Below are positions 28,308 through 41,436 of a stretch of DNA of 64,000 nt, piece after piece. Position 1 is the stretch's first letter, and each line of letters begins with the position of its first letter. A program made the translations under genes and the position numbers. The notes beneath the pieces were generated by a model that was not told the origin of the DNA, ran no database searches, and saw only the letters and a program-made list of their open reading frames with translations. This DNA comes from Octopus vulgaris (Eukaryota). The DNA lies in contig OX597833.1 of the NCBI GenBank assembly GCA_951406725.2, forward strand, positions 26,536,001 through 26,600,000, read 5' to 3'.

Positions 28308-29865
28308 ACATTTCTAAATCTCTCAGATTTATACAATAGCAGCACGTTAAAGTGATGGTATGAAAAGGAAGAATGCTACTGCTTTTTAGCCCCCACGAAA
28401 CACCGTTTCCAGTTGGACATGACACACTTTCTATGTCCTTAGAGAGAGAGTGATAGAGACAGAGAGAGACAGACAGACAGACAGTCAGATAGATAAATAG
28501 ATAGATAAAGTATTGAGTGATTGATTGGTTTATTGATTGTAAAATAGACAGAAAAATATTCATCCAGTGATTTATTTTAGTCCTAGAAGTATGGTTAGGA
28601 AATACACATGTATCACAATTGGTAGCATTTTAATCCCAACATGTTTGGTTTTTATGTTCAAATATAATATAAATAATTTTACATAAAATCATAGGTTACT
28701 CTACACATTTGTAGAGTATGGATTTATTCTTCTTCTTACACAGTAATATAGTTAACAGTCACTTTGAAGTGTCGGCCAGCTATGCCATCTTTGAACTACG
28801 ATGCATTAGAGTTAGTCATGACTTTATATAGTCTCTACTGAGTTGGATCACCTTTGTGCTTGTGTATTCGAGTGGGATGGTTTTAGATCTCTCTGGTTAA
28901 AATCCCTAAAGAAGTCTATATTTCTCTTTTGTAAGGCTGGCGTGAGGTATGGCTACTTCTTTTATGCGATTGTCATTATTGGATTCAATACTTCTGTTTT
29001 GGCAATATAAAGGTTAAAGTTACAAAGTCCAGTATTTAAAATCTTAGTAATTCGGTATGTCAATTTTTTCCCAAAATAATGTAGGAAGGCGGTAAGTTTA
29101 GACAGGTCCTGTCTTAACTTGTTATGTAGCGTATTACCTGTTTTTATTTGTAATTCTGGAGGTTATTAGCGAGGCTTATTGGCTTTAGTGGCTTAGAAAA
29201 TTGTTTCTTTTGTGATTTAACATTCCCAAATGTATTTGAGTAAATGCTGTATGCCTATATGTTTTTCTCTATATTATATTAGCATATAATGATTCTAAAC
29301 TGCCTGTTTTGCGGAGGTAGAGCATTTTTGACGTTTGTTTATACAATTTCTTCAAATTCTGTACGAGGTATATGCTGAAGTGGGGCTTATATATACGGTG
29401 TGTATATATTCATATATAAAAATGAGAACAAAAATATAATTTAAGAAATGATAGATGAAAGGGTTCTTTCTCCTTGCTTACATACAAATGTACCTTTTAT
29501 GTATATATAAGTTTGAGTACTTATATTACAAATTCATTTTGTGGGGATTTTATTTACATAATTTCTAGAGTACTTGTTTAATGTAAAAGTGAAAATCTGT
29601 AAGCGTGATTTAAAATATATATTTATAATGGAGATGGTTTATGGTGTAAAGGGATGAAGGGGAGTTGGTGATATAAGTTTAATCTCTACAGAGAATCCCA
29701 AGGGGGCAATACAGCTGAGCACTTTATGGAGTGAAATTAACAGTTACTCTCTGACCAGCCATAACAAACAACTTTCTAAATTTTACTACTCTGTTTTAGA
29801 GGGCGTTTCTTTTCAGATGTACGAACTATTGATCAATATTGATGTATATGAATGTATGTTGTATG

Positions 29866-29906
<41 letters not shown>

Positions 29907-29918
29907 ATCATACAAACT

Positions 29919-29967
<49 letters not shown>

Positions 29968-29986
29968 GTGTGTGTGTATGCATATC

Positions 29987-30043
<57 letters not shown>

Positions 30044-30932
30044 TGGGTGGGTGGGTGTGTTTGTGTTTGTGTGTGTGCGCACATACACACACAAACACAC
30101 TCACAAACACATACATTACAGCAATAGGAGAATGACATATGTATATCTTCCGAAATAATGTAACTTTTATAGTTAACAGGTACAGGTTTTATTCCTCATA
30201 CTCTTAATAAACTATCGTAGCGTACCTGGCTTTTTTTTCGTTCATAGAATGTCCTGTAATACCGTGGTAAAACATTCCAAAAAAGCATATCTCATACATA
30301 TCAGAATTATTAGGGTTAAATTAATTCTGTTACTTGTTTGGAAAAATATTCTGAAAGGATCTTACCCTGGATACTGATGTCAGTTCCATGTACATTTAAA
30401 CTTGGGATATAATTAAATGGTTTTGTTGTATTCAGTTATTCTGTATTTCTCAAGGGGGAACAACGTTCAGGCATCACTTATATAATTTAACTTGCAGCAT
30501 TCCTACATTGTATTCACGATGCGATCGTTATGAATTGGCTTGTTGGAGGTGATAGATATATAGATAGATCGATAGATAGATAGATAGAGACTATAAAAAC
30601 AAGAAAACTAGAGTACGACAGAATAAGTAAGGGACGTTGTGTGCTTGTGGTGGTAGAAGAAATAAAAGACAAAAATTATTTGATGAAAACTTTCCTAAAT
30701 AATATAATGCTACAGGCGTACATTTAAAATCAAATCAACGTTGTTAAGGACAGTTTAATTTCTATACAATTCGGATATAATTATAGAATGTATAAATACA
30801 ACCCATTGCTTTTAGCTGCAGATTTATGTATGCATATCCTCAATCCAGCTCAGGCAAATAAGATACCGGTATTCATACAGGATACTCAGGCACATTCATT
30901 TCCTCTCTCTCTCTCATATACACATATATGCG

Positions 30933-30991
<59 letters not shown>

Positions 30992-31339
30992 ATGTGTGTG
31001 TGTTTGTATGCGTGTGTGTGTGCATGTATGTGTGAGTGTGTGGGAATGTGTTTTGTATGTACACTTGTATATGTATATAAATAATCGCAATTATTTCCAA
31101 GGAAAAGAAAATTTTCCATCAGATTTAATTTATGGCTTACCAAATGTATCTCTGGGGAACCTTGTGAAAAGAAAATAAACAACGTACTGTCGGACCTCAC
31201 ACATGGAAAGTGAGATTCTTCATGCAATAAGTAGACTGACTCTCTGTCAAATGGAATTTCGAACCTTGAGAGCGACCAGTAAGGGAGAAAGCTTGAAGGG
31301 AGATCAGTGCAGGATAGTAAGATCATCAAACAAGTATGA

Positions 31340-31445
31340 TCTCAAGCTCAATTGTGCAACCTCCGCGTCGGAGAGCAGTTGTTGGAGACAATATGCTAAG
31401 GCCTTCGTCCTGCAGTGGACGAAACACAGGCAATCCAACCTAATC
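31340..31445 (+). mobile_element. possible RTE-type LINE/SINE 3' end
   Basis: 'W...AKAFVLQWT' / aggccttcgtcctgcagtggac resembles the C-terminus of RTE-clade ORFs, but the match is short. Confidence 0.35.
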
Positions 31446-31483
31446 CATAGTATTTTAGTGTGTATATGCACTCACACACATAC

Positions 31484-31523
<40 letters not shown>

Positions 31524-31608
31524 CATATACATATGTATATATATACATATACATATGTATGTGTATATATATATATGTATGTATGTATATATACATATAT
31601 ATATATTT

Positions 31609-31648
<40 letters not shown>

Positions 31649-33041
31649 GAGTACAGAAATTCGGGGTGAGTACTTGATAATTGTAAGCACCTGTATATAC
31701 CGTTTGGTGGTGTAGGTGGTGGAGTAAATTAATTTTAAAATATTTTTTACATGTTTTTTTACATGTTTTCGCAGATTTCTTATATGCATATGTTTATACA
31801 TATTTGTATACATCTTTTAATATCTTATAGCTATACCTATGTCTCTATACGTATGTCTCTGTGTGTGTATGTAAGTGTATATGTACACGCACATATAGAC
31901 ACACAGTCGTGTGTGCGTGTACGTGTAGACGTGAGTGCGTGATTCTTTACATGCGTTCTTATATACATCTTTTAATATCTTATATCTAAACCTGTATGTG
32001 TGGGCATCTGTGTATGTGTATGTAAGGATGGACGTACGTATGTATATATAGGTGTGTGTATATGCGTATGTATGTATATGTATACATGTGCATATATGTA
32101 TGCATATGTGTATGTGTATATGTACATGTGTATGTGCGTGTGTGTGTATATATGTATATATGTATATGTACACGTATAATGTCCGTGTATATATACGCAT
32201 ATTCTGTTGTATGTATGTATATATGCGCATGTGTGTGGGTATATATGTGTTTCTGTATATGTTTACACGTAAGTACGTATGTAAGCTTATATGCTTGGAG
32301 CTGTGTATGCGTGCGTATATGTGCGCGTGTATATGGGTGTATGTATCCATGCTGGTATGTATGTACAAGATGACCACTTAATTCAAGGAACTAGATTAGC
32401 TGCTCAACAGCTCTGATTTACAATACACTAAGTCCCCAGACGCCCCTGTTGATTTATTGACACCCAAAACTTCTACAACTAAATTTTGTCATTTTCCTGA
32501 CCACCATGTTTGGTCCGTAACCACTATACATCCCTTATCCTTATATTCTTTTGCATTTTTTATCATTTTTATTCCTATTTTTATTTTTATTTTTATTTCT
32601 ATTTTTACTTTTATTTTTATTTCTATTTATATTTTTACTTTATAACTTTATACCTTTATATTCTTTTATATTTTTTTATATTCTTTATATCCCCTTTATA
32701 TCTCCTTATATCTCTTTATATCTTTATACTCTACACTTTTATATTTTTCTATACTTACACTTTTTATATATTTTTTATCCTTCGTCCTGAATTCTCGCCC
32801 CTCCATCTTTACCCCTATTTACTCTTATTACCAGGTCCCTTTACGTCTATATATGTATTTATTTATTAATTTATTTACATTACTTCAACATCCAAATTTC
32901 CTCATTCTACATTGAGAGAAGAACGAGATGGACGCTTCAATTCTATGCTGTTGCCGCATTATGTCGTACGTGAATGAGAGGATTTGCATCCCCAACCAAG
33001 AATTTTTGATGTAACACATGTCCTTGTGGAAGTTGTTGTGC

Positions 33042-33119
33042 GCGGCTGAAGAAGGCCACAGACATACATTATGCATTGTTATAAATCTGTCTAATAAAGG
33101 CCCGAAACATATGTACCGC
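33042..33119 (+). ncRNA. type I hammerhead ribozyme with extended stem II
   Basis: gcgg-CTGAAGA-aggcc(acagaca...tgtct)aataaaggccc-GAAA-catatg-TA-ccgc. Stem I gcgg/ccgc is perfect, stem III is the perfect palindrome acatatgt, and the cleavage triplet is GUA. Confidence 0.88.
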
Positions 33120-33693
33120 TGAATCCTTGGCATCATGTTTTTATTTTGATCAATTTATATATATATATATATACACATACATATACATATGTATGTATAT
33201 ATATATCTGTATGTATGTATATATACTTGATTAATAATATAAGTAAACGTATTTAATTACTCTCTTATGATATAGAGATTTTTAATAAACATGCTACTTA
33301 TTATAATGAGGCCCTTAGAGGGGCAGGTTATAATAGGAATATTAAATTTTATAATGTTAGTGATAAAGATTTAAATGATACTTTTCGTGATACTTATAAT
33401 AATAATTATAATTTTGTTAGTATTAGTGGTAAAAATTGTAGATATTATAAAAATAATAATAAAAATGATAAAAATAAAAATAAGAATAAAAATAAGAATA
33501 AAAATAAGAATAATAAAAATAAAAATAAATTTAATAATAATTATAATAATAATGTTGATAAAATTAATAATATTAATAATTCCTTAAATGCTGTACATAG
33601 ATATAATTCTGATAATACTTTTAATAAGATAAAGAATTATAAATATATTTATAATAATGATAATAATAATAATAAGGTTAATGAGAATAAAAT

Positions 33694-34437
33694 TTGTTTA
33701 TAGTTCCTTATGGTGATCAAGTAAAAACGAATATTATCAAAGAGATTTTAGATATTATAGAACTATTTATTAGAGATAATCGTAAATATAGAAACATTTT
33801 CTCTAGTAATAATTTTGGAGTAGGTTATTCCACCACTAATAATGTAGGTAACATTATTTCTTCATTTAATAAATTTAAACTGAATAATTTTTATAAAAAT
33901 AAATTATTTGATAATAATAATAATAATAATGATAAGACTTATATTAATTGTACTTGTAGAGATAAATCTAAATATATATTAAATAATAATTGTGATATTA
34001 ACGATGTAGTGTATAAATGTATAGTTACATTACATGATAATAACTTTAAGAATAATAATTACCCAAAAGCGGTTTATATAGGGTCTACTCCCTCAAAAAT
34101 AAAATTAAGAATCACACAACATATGAATTCTTTTAAAAATAAAAACTTAATCAGCTCAACTGGACTTAGTAAGTACATTTGGAGACTTAAATCACAAAAT
34201 ATTAATTATAGTTTAATTTGGGAAATAATTTGTAAAACTAAATCATATACTATAGGAGCGAATTGTTGTTATTTATGCTCTAATGAGTTTAAAGAAATTT
34301 TATTTTATAAGTATGATAATTTACTTAATACAGGTGAAGAGCGCAAAATAAAATGCAGACATAGGTTACTTTACCTATATATAAGTTTCATGATAAATAA
34401 CAATAATAGTTCCCTATTAAAAGTTACTTTAGTTTAA
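33694..34437 (+). CDS. GIY-YIG endonuclease domain of a PLE (uninterrupted 247-codon stretch; C-terminal part of the polyprotein, not a true start)
   Basis: CTCR...C, VVY...YIG, R..QH..SF, TGLSKYIW.LK, W.I, C.LC..E and LLN...E...CRH. Confidence 0.85.
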   Translation: MFIVPYGDQVKTNIIKEILDIIELFIRDNRKYRNIFSSNNFGVGYSTTNNVGNIISSFNKFKLNNFYKNKLFDNNNNNNDKTYINCTCRDKSKYILNNNCDINDVVYKCIVTLHDNNFKNNNYPKAVYIGSTPSKIKLRITQHMNSFKNKNLISSTGLSKYIWRLKSQNINYSLIWEIICKTKSYTIGANCCYLCSNEFKEILFYKYDNLLNTGEERKIKCRHRLLYLYISFMINNNNSSLLKVTLV

Positions 34438-34759
34438 TATTAAATTTAGTTTAGAGTATTATATATCTTTAGTTATGTAGTTTAGGCTTTAATTATAGTT
34501 AGTCTTTAATTGATATTTCTTTGTTTTAATTAGTTCATGTTTAATGTATATTAATATATAACAGTTTATGGTACGTTAAAACTTTAATAATTTATATTAG
34601 ATTTATTTTATTTTATTTACTTATTTATTTATTTTATTATGTATTTTTATTATGTATATGTTATATGTATATTTGATGATATATTATTATGGATGATTGG
34701 GTGTATTTAATGGTGTATATATTGAGTTTTGTATGTATGTGTGAATGTTTAAGATCCCT

Positions 34760-36900
34760 TTGTATTTTATTTGGTATGTTGAACATGGCAGTTTTATTTG
34801 GGTATTGTCTGTTATAATATACGTTTATTTAGATATTTAGGAGATTGTCCGTGAATATGTAGGTATGGGTGTGTATGCATGTGTGCGTGTGTACAAGTGC
34901 AAGTGTAGATGCGGGAGTGTATGAGTGCTATGTAATTGAGGGGATTATTTATGCACTTGTATACATGAATGTTTTGAATGTGCGTGTGTTTGCACCCGTC
35001 TGCGTGTACACACTCATACATAAATATATATATATATTAATATTTATTTACTTTTTTGAAAGACTGTTTTTTATATATATGTGTATGTGATGATATGTGT
35101 GAATGTATATATATATATGTATTTTATATATATATATATGTTTATGTTTGTATATGTATTTATTTAATAATTTATTGAGTGTGGGAATGAATATATTGGT
35201 GTATATATCGAGGTTTGTACGTATGTATATGTTTGTGAGAGTGTGTATATGGTTATGTTTGTGGGTGTGTGTATATATGTGTGTGTGTTTGTGTGTGTTG
35301 TGTTTTTGGTAAGGGGTTTTATCTTTTATTCGTATGTATGGATTTCATTTATTTTATTTAGAATTTTTTGGTTTTTAGTCCCCATGCATTATAGCTTGGT
35401 TTGTTGTTCATGGTAGTTTTTTTATTGGGTATTGTTTTGTAGCCATTTATACGTATATTTGGATGTCTAGGAGAGTGTCCGTGAATATGCATGTTGATGG
35501 GTGTGTGTGCATGTGTGCGCGTGTATAAGTGCATGTGTAGATGTGGGAGTGCATGGTGCTATGTAAAAGTGTGTGCTTGTGTATGCACTTGTATACATGC
35601 ATGATTGATGTGCGTGAGATTGCACCCATTTTTTAAGGATGTATATGTTTATTTATCTGTATGGGTGTGGGAGTGAATTTTGGTGTATATATTGAGGTTT
35701 ATACGTATGTATAGGTATGTGTGAGTGGGGTGGGTATTTGTATATGTTGTGGGTGTGTGGTTTACGTGTGTGTATTTGTGTGTGAATGTATAGGTTAGGG
35801 GGATTGCTATATAGGTATGTTATAGTGTTTAGTAAAGGGAGGTTTTATCATTATATGTATTTATGAGTTTTCGTTTATCATGGTAGTTTTATTAAAGAAT
35901 TTGTAGTAATTTCTGTATATTTAAAATGTTTGATATTTTATTACATTATTCCATTCATAATTTTTAAGTAATGTTCGTTTACCACGCGCAAAGAATTTTT
36001 AATTCCATATATTCCATTCATAATTTTAAATGACGTTCGTTTACATAGCGCAAAGACTTTTTATACATATGTTAGGTTCCTATGGTAACGTACTTTTGTT
36101 TGACATTATAACGGCTAGAGTTTAATTTCACTTCATAAATTGAAACTGATTTGAAAGTATGTATATATTTTTTCTCCTTATGTTAATCTTGTTACTTATG
36201 ATATTCTGGTTAATTATGGAGTATTTTCTATATCGTATTATGCGTAGTAATGTTGTTTTTCTTTTGAGTGTTTATGTATGTGTGAATGTGTGTGTGTGCG
36301 TATTTTGGTTGTGTAATTTATTTATCTGTATGAGTGTGGGTGTGAACATATTGTGGTATATATCGAGTTTAGTACGTATGTATATGTATGTGTGAGGGGG
36401 TATACGTATATGTTGTGTGTGTGTGTTTTACGTATGTGTATTTGTGTGTGAATGTATATATGGAGATTGCTATATAGGTATTATTGTGTTTGGTTAAAGG
36501 GAGTTTTATCATTATATGTATATATGGGTTTCATTTATCATGATGGTTTATTAATGATTTGGAGTAAATTCTGTATATTTACGTTGATTATATATTATTC
36601 CATTCATAATTTTTAAAAATACGTTCGATCACCACGTGTAAAGAATTGTTTATTTTTCTTTTGAGTGTTTATGTATGTGTGAATGTGTGTGTGTGTGTGT
36701 GTGTGTGATTGTTTGCGTAATTTATTTATCTGTATAGATGTGGGTGTGAATATATTGGTGTATATGTCGAGTTCTGTATGTATGTATATGTATGTGTGTG
36801 TGTGTGATTGTTTGCGTAATTTATTTATCTGTATAGATGTGGGTGTGAATATATTGGTGTATATGTCGAGTTCTGTATGTATGTATATGTATGTGTGAGC
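34760..36900 (+). repeat. nested internal tandem duplications in the GT-rich PLE 3' region
   Basis: 34780-35000 resembles 35405-35630. The unit 'tttatttatctgtat..gtgtggg.gtgaat...gtatatatcgag' recurs at ~35160, 35650, 36315, 36720 and 36820. Confidence 0.8.
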
Positions 36901-37295
36901 GGGTATATGTATATTGTTTATGTATGTGGGTTGTATGTGTGTGTGAGGCAGTATGAATAAGTAATGTGTTGAAGTATTTGGCTATTTTATTTATTTATCG
37001 TTGCCTAGAAGTTTTTATGTGTATGTATAGGGATATATATATAGGTGTGTGAGTTAGTGTATGTATTTAGATATGGTTATATATACTTAGTTATAAGTGT
37101 ATGCGTATGTGTGTATATATAGTTTATTTTAATTTTGTTTTATATTTAATTGTTGATAGGGTTTATTTTAGATTATATATTGATTATATATGGATTATAT
37201 ATAGGTTATATATAGATTATATATTTACAATTTTTTATTATTTTAAAATTATTTTAAACTTATCTTTTAATATATTGATATTTTAGATCGGAAAT

Positions 37296-37339
37296 CCACC
37301 TGAAGATTGTCATTAGAAGACATGAAACAATTGTAGTGG
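37296..37339 (+). ncRNA. type I hammerhead ribozyme in the PLE pLTR
   Basis: ccac-CTGAAGA-t-tgtc(attagaa)gaca-t-GAAA-caattg-TA-gtgg. Stem I ccac/gtgg, palindromic stem III acaattgt, cleavage triplet GUA. Confidence 0.88.
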
Positions 37340-37517
37340 CGGTTTTTTTACTTTTTATTAAAATTTTATGTATTGATTAAGTCTTTCCTTGTTTGTTTTG
37401 CAAAATAGTGGTTTTGTCTCTAATTAATATTATATAATATTTTACTATAAAATTGGATTTAATCCTAAATCTGATTTTTTCCCTGTAAATTTGGATTTAT
37501 TCCCTAATATTTATTAT

Positions 37518-37557
<40 letters not shown>

Positions 37558-37802
37558 CTTACATAAATATATAGGGCTAACAAAGGTAGTAACATCATCC
37601 TAACCAAGACTGCCACTTTACGTTGACAACTAGATTTTACTCTCCCCCCTCTCTACCACTCCCTCCCCTCCTCTCCCTCTCTCTTCCTCTCTTATAGGGA
37701 TAATCGAAATTGTCCTCCTCCTTTTTTGCTATATATATATATATATATATTGATAAAAGCGTTAAGACAACAGAAGAGACCTCCATATATCGCGTCACAT
37801 AT

Positions 37803-37841
<39 letters not shown>

Positions 37842-38338
37842 TTTTGTCTCTAGACAATCAGACAATAAGATGTATTTTCTTTAATGGCATACCAATTTCA
37901 GAGAAATTTTGGTTCTCGATATTTCTAGCAAAATGCTGCAAATAATACTGGAATACTTTTATAAAGAATAACATTGTTAAAATCAAATTTAAAAATTGCA
38001 CCTCGGTAAAAACCGTTTCGACATTTAATATCTATAGGTAACCCATTTATTTTAGAAGAGTTTTTTCAAGTTTTCAACTCTTTACGGAAGATTTAAAGAA
38101 ATGTTTTGTCACAGTTCTGTTTGATGCTAATTGTCACGGGTGTGGTATTTTTGATTTCCTCTCGAAAAAATAATGATGTCAATGAATCGAGAATTTGTTT
38201 TTTATGGTAGTTAATATGCCGTTATGCTGCTTTTCAAATGCTGTGTTACGATATGTTTGTAGTATTTCTGTGAAAGAACCTTTGCCCACAAAATCCAACG
38301 CTATGGGGAAAATATCATAGGCAACTGTAGTACCAGAT

Positions 38339-38685
38339 TCTCCATCCAACCAAAATCTCTCGTGGAAGCACCATCCAACCAAAATGCAAATATATGAGAA
38401 ACTACCACCTGTGTCATCTCTTGTGAAAAGTAGGAGAGTCCAGTTTGCTGGACATTGTTGTAGATCTGAAAACGAGGCAATGTCTACTCTTCTCCTCTGG
38501 AAGCCATCTACTCGCAATACCAGAGGGCGCACACTCTCCTACCCTGATGTAATCTCCAGGGATACAGGGATACAGGCATCCAGCAACAGGACCTCCGTAA
38601 TGCCATGATGGACCGTGAAGTCTGGCGTAGCATGGTAAATTCCATTGTCTCGACCACGGTCGAACATTGATGATGATGATGATGA
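38339..38685 (+). mobile_element. RTE-like LINE 3' fragment with (GAT)n tail and 13-bp TSD
   Basis: Encodes NLSWKHHPTK.QIYEKLPPVS..VKSRRVQFAGHC.R, LLLWKP and MMDREVWR. TSD tgtagtaccagat at 38326-38338 and 38686-38698. Confidence 0.85.
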
Positions 38686-39242
38686 TGTAGTACCAGATCT
38701 ATGAGCATTAGCATTGTCAATTTCCGCTTAACTACATTCATTCAACAGTACATCTCCATAAATATCAAACCTATAAATAAAACTGACTGTGCAGAACTGA
38801 ATGTGCAGAATTTCAGCCGCAATGGTATGTTTTTGGCACACTACCTTTTTATTGACCTAACATTTTACTCTTATATTCAATCAAATTCCTATACTTTTGA
38901 GGCATTGTCTCCACAGTCGCTTGTCCATTTGCAATTAAGCCTCCAGTCGTAAATATACTTTATCCATATCACTATACTACAATGTAAATAAACTACTTTG
39001 GTTGGTTATACATAACTAACCTTTTACCCTTTTAATCTTTTACTTCTTTCAGTCATTTGACTGTGGCCATGCTGGAGCACCGCCTTTAGTCGAGCAAATC
39101 GACCCTAGGACGTATTCTTTATAAGCCTAGTACTTATTCTATCGGTCACTTTTGCCGAAACGCTAAGTTACGAGGACGTAAACACACCAGCATCGGTTGT
39201 CAAGCGATGTTGTGGGGAACAAGCACAGACACACAAACATAA

Positions 39243-39287
<45 letters not shown>

Positions 39288-40006
39288 ATAATAAATATTA
39301 GGGAATAAATCCAAATTTACAGGGAAAAAATCAGATTTAGGATTAAATCAAATTTTATAGTAAAATATTATATAATATTAATTAGAGACAAAACCACTAT
39401 TTTGCAAAACAAACAAGGAAAGACTTAATCAATACATAAAATTTTAATAAAAAGTAAAAAAAGTAAAAAAACCGCCACTACAATTGTTTCATGTCTTCTA
39501 ATGACAATCTTCAGGTGGATTTCCGATCTAAAATATCAATATATTAAACTATAAGTTTAAAATAATTTTAAAATAATAAAAAAATATAAATATATAATCT
39601 ATATATAACCTATATATAATCCATATATAATCAATATATAATCTAAAATAAACCCTATCAACAATTAAATATAAAACAAAATAAAAATAAACTATATATA
39701 CACACATACGCATACACTTATAACTAAGTATATATAACCATATCTAAATACATACACTAACTCACACACCTACATATATATCCCTATACATACACATAAA
39801 AACGTCTAGGCAACGATAAATAAATAAAATAGCCAAATACTTCAACACATTACTTATTCATACTCCCTCACACACACATACAACCCACATACATAAACAA
39901 TATACATATACCCGCTCACACATACATATACATACATACAGAACTCGATATATACTCCAATATATTCACACCCACATCTATACAGATAAATAAATTACGC
40001 AAACAA

Positions 40007-40038
<32 letters not shown>

Positions 40039-40235
40039 TCACACATACATAAACACTCAAAAGAAAAATAAACAATTCTTTACACGTGGTGATCGAACGT
40101 ATTTTTTAATTTTTAAATTATGAATGGAATAATATATAATCAACGTAAATTTACTCCAAAACATTAATAAACCATCATGATAAATGAAACCCATATATAC
40201 ATACAATTTTTGCAAAATAGTGGTTTTGTCTCTAA

Positions 40236-40247
<12 letters not shown>
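39288..40247 (-). mobile_element. PLE 3' fragment (inverted copy of 36515-37520) with a short inverted 5' pLTR piece
   Basis: Reverse-complement match to 36515-37520. 40207-40247 flips to plus orientation and equals 37397-37436. Confidence 0.92.
39475..39518 (-). ncRNA. type I hammerhead ribozyme (copy of 37296-37339)
   Basis: ccactacaattgtttcatgtcttctaatgacaatcttcaggtgg is the exact reverse complement of the 37296 motif. Confidence 0.88.
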
Positions 40248-40291
<44 letters not shown>

Positions 40292-40914
40292 CATATATAT
40301 ACGACGGGCTTCTTTCGGTTTCCGTCTACCAAATCCATTCAAAAGGGTTTGGTCGGCCCGAGGCTAAAGTAGAAAACGCTTGCCCAAGGTGCCACGCACT
40401 GGGACTGAACCCGGAACCATGTGGTTCGTAAGCAAGCTACTTACCACACAGCTACTCCTACTGATCATGATACATCAATCTTATCAGCCCAGTCTACCAG
40501 TCTAGATACCGCAGCGTGATATGATTCAATGTACTGTGTGCATAACCAGGTAATTTATCAATAATCCAGGAAATTTAATTATATATAGAAATAACAGTGT
40601 TGTATATTCTCTGTACTGTGTCTATAGCTAAAATGGTTAACTGTCAGCAATCCACTCAATCTTCATAGTACTATGCGCTGCGCTGTGTGAGATAGTTCAC
40701 AGTAGTATGCCTATATCCAAGAAACATTTTCAACAAGGCAGCTAGTTGTATATAGGTAATAATTCACTGTAATAGGTCCTTGGCCAAGACACTCAACTGT
40801 CAATGCAGAAATCGCAATATCATGTTGTGAATATATGTTTGAGTCGGATTCGCAGCTTCCGTGAAATCGCGCAGAAGCAGAATTAGAATCAGTAGCAGTA
40901 AAACCATCAATATC

Positions 40915-40972
40915 GGCAGCAGCAGCAGCAGTATCAGTAGCAGTGGTAGTAGCAGTAGTGGTAGTGGTAGTG

Positions 40973-41029
<57 letters not shown>

Positions 41030-41349
41030 TAGTAGTAGTAGTAGTAGTAGTAGTAGTATAGTAGTAGTAGGAGTAGTAGTAGTAGTATAGTAGTAGTAGT
41101 GGTGGTGGTGGTGGTGACATTGGTTTAGTGTGCTGAAGAAGAAAAGAAGCTGGACGATTGAATAGAGAAGTCGGAGAAACATGGTAAATGGGATGACGTG
41201 TGGATGGGAAGAAGCAGGAAGAGGAGGAGAAACAATAACCAGAAGACCAAGAGCAACAAGAATAAAACAAGGCGGATAAAAAATGCTGCTACAACTACTA
41301 CTACCACTACCACCACTATTACTAACCACTAGAAGAAGAAGTAGTAGCT

Positions 41350-41436
<87 letters not shown>

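Larger units (their letters stand above)
33228..37520 (+). mobile_element. 5'-truncated Penelope-like element: RT thumb, linker, GIY-YIG, ~2.9-kb non-coding region, HHR-bearing pLTR
   Basis: 33228-33360 encodes LINNISKRI*LLSYDIEIFNKHATYYNEALRGAGY (RT thumb). GIY-YIG ORF follows, then the HHR at 37296. Bounded by (AT)-rich microsatellites at both ends. Confidence 0.8.
39030..40460 (-). mobile_element. SINE family A split by a PLE insertion
   Basis: Tail and body at 39030-39245, head at 40298-40460. The PLE segment lies within the SINE's internal (AT)n. Confidence 0.88.

Noticed and set aside
28560-29810. Possible decayed minus-strand retroelement coding sequence
   Set aside because: Many stops and no diagnostic RT or EN motif that I could confirm.
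34760-36900. Repeat-spacer pattern as a CRISPR-like array
   Set aside because: Units are long, degenerate and irregular, in a eukaryotic context with no cas genes.
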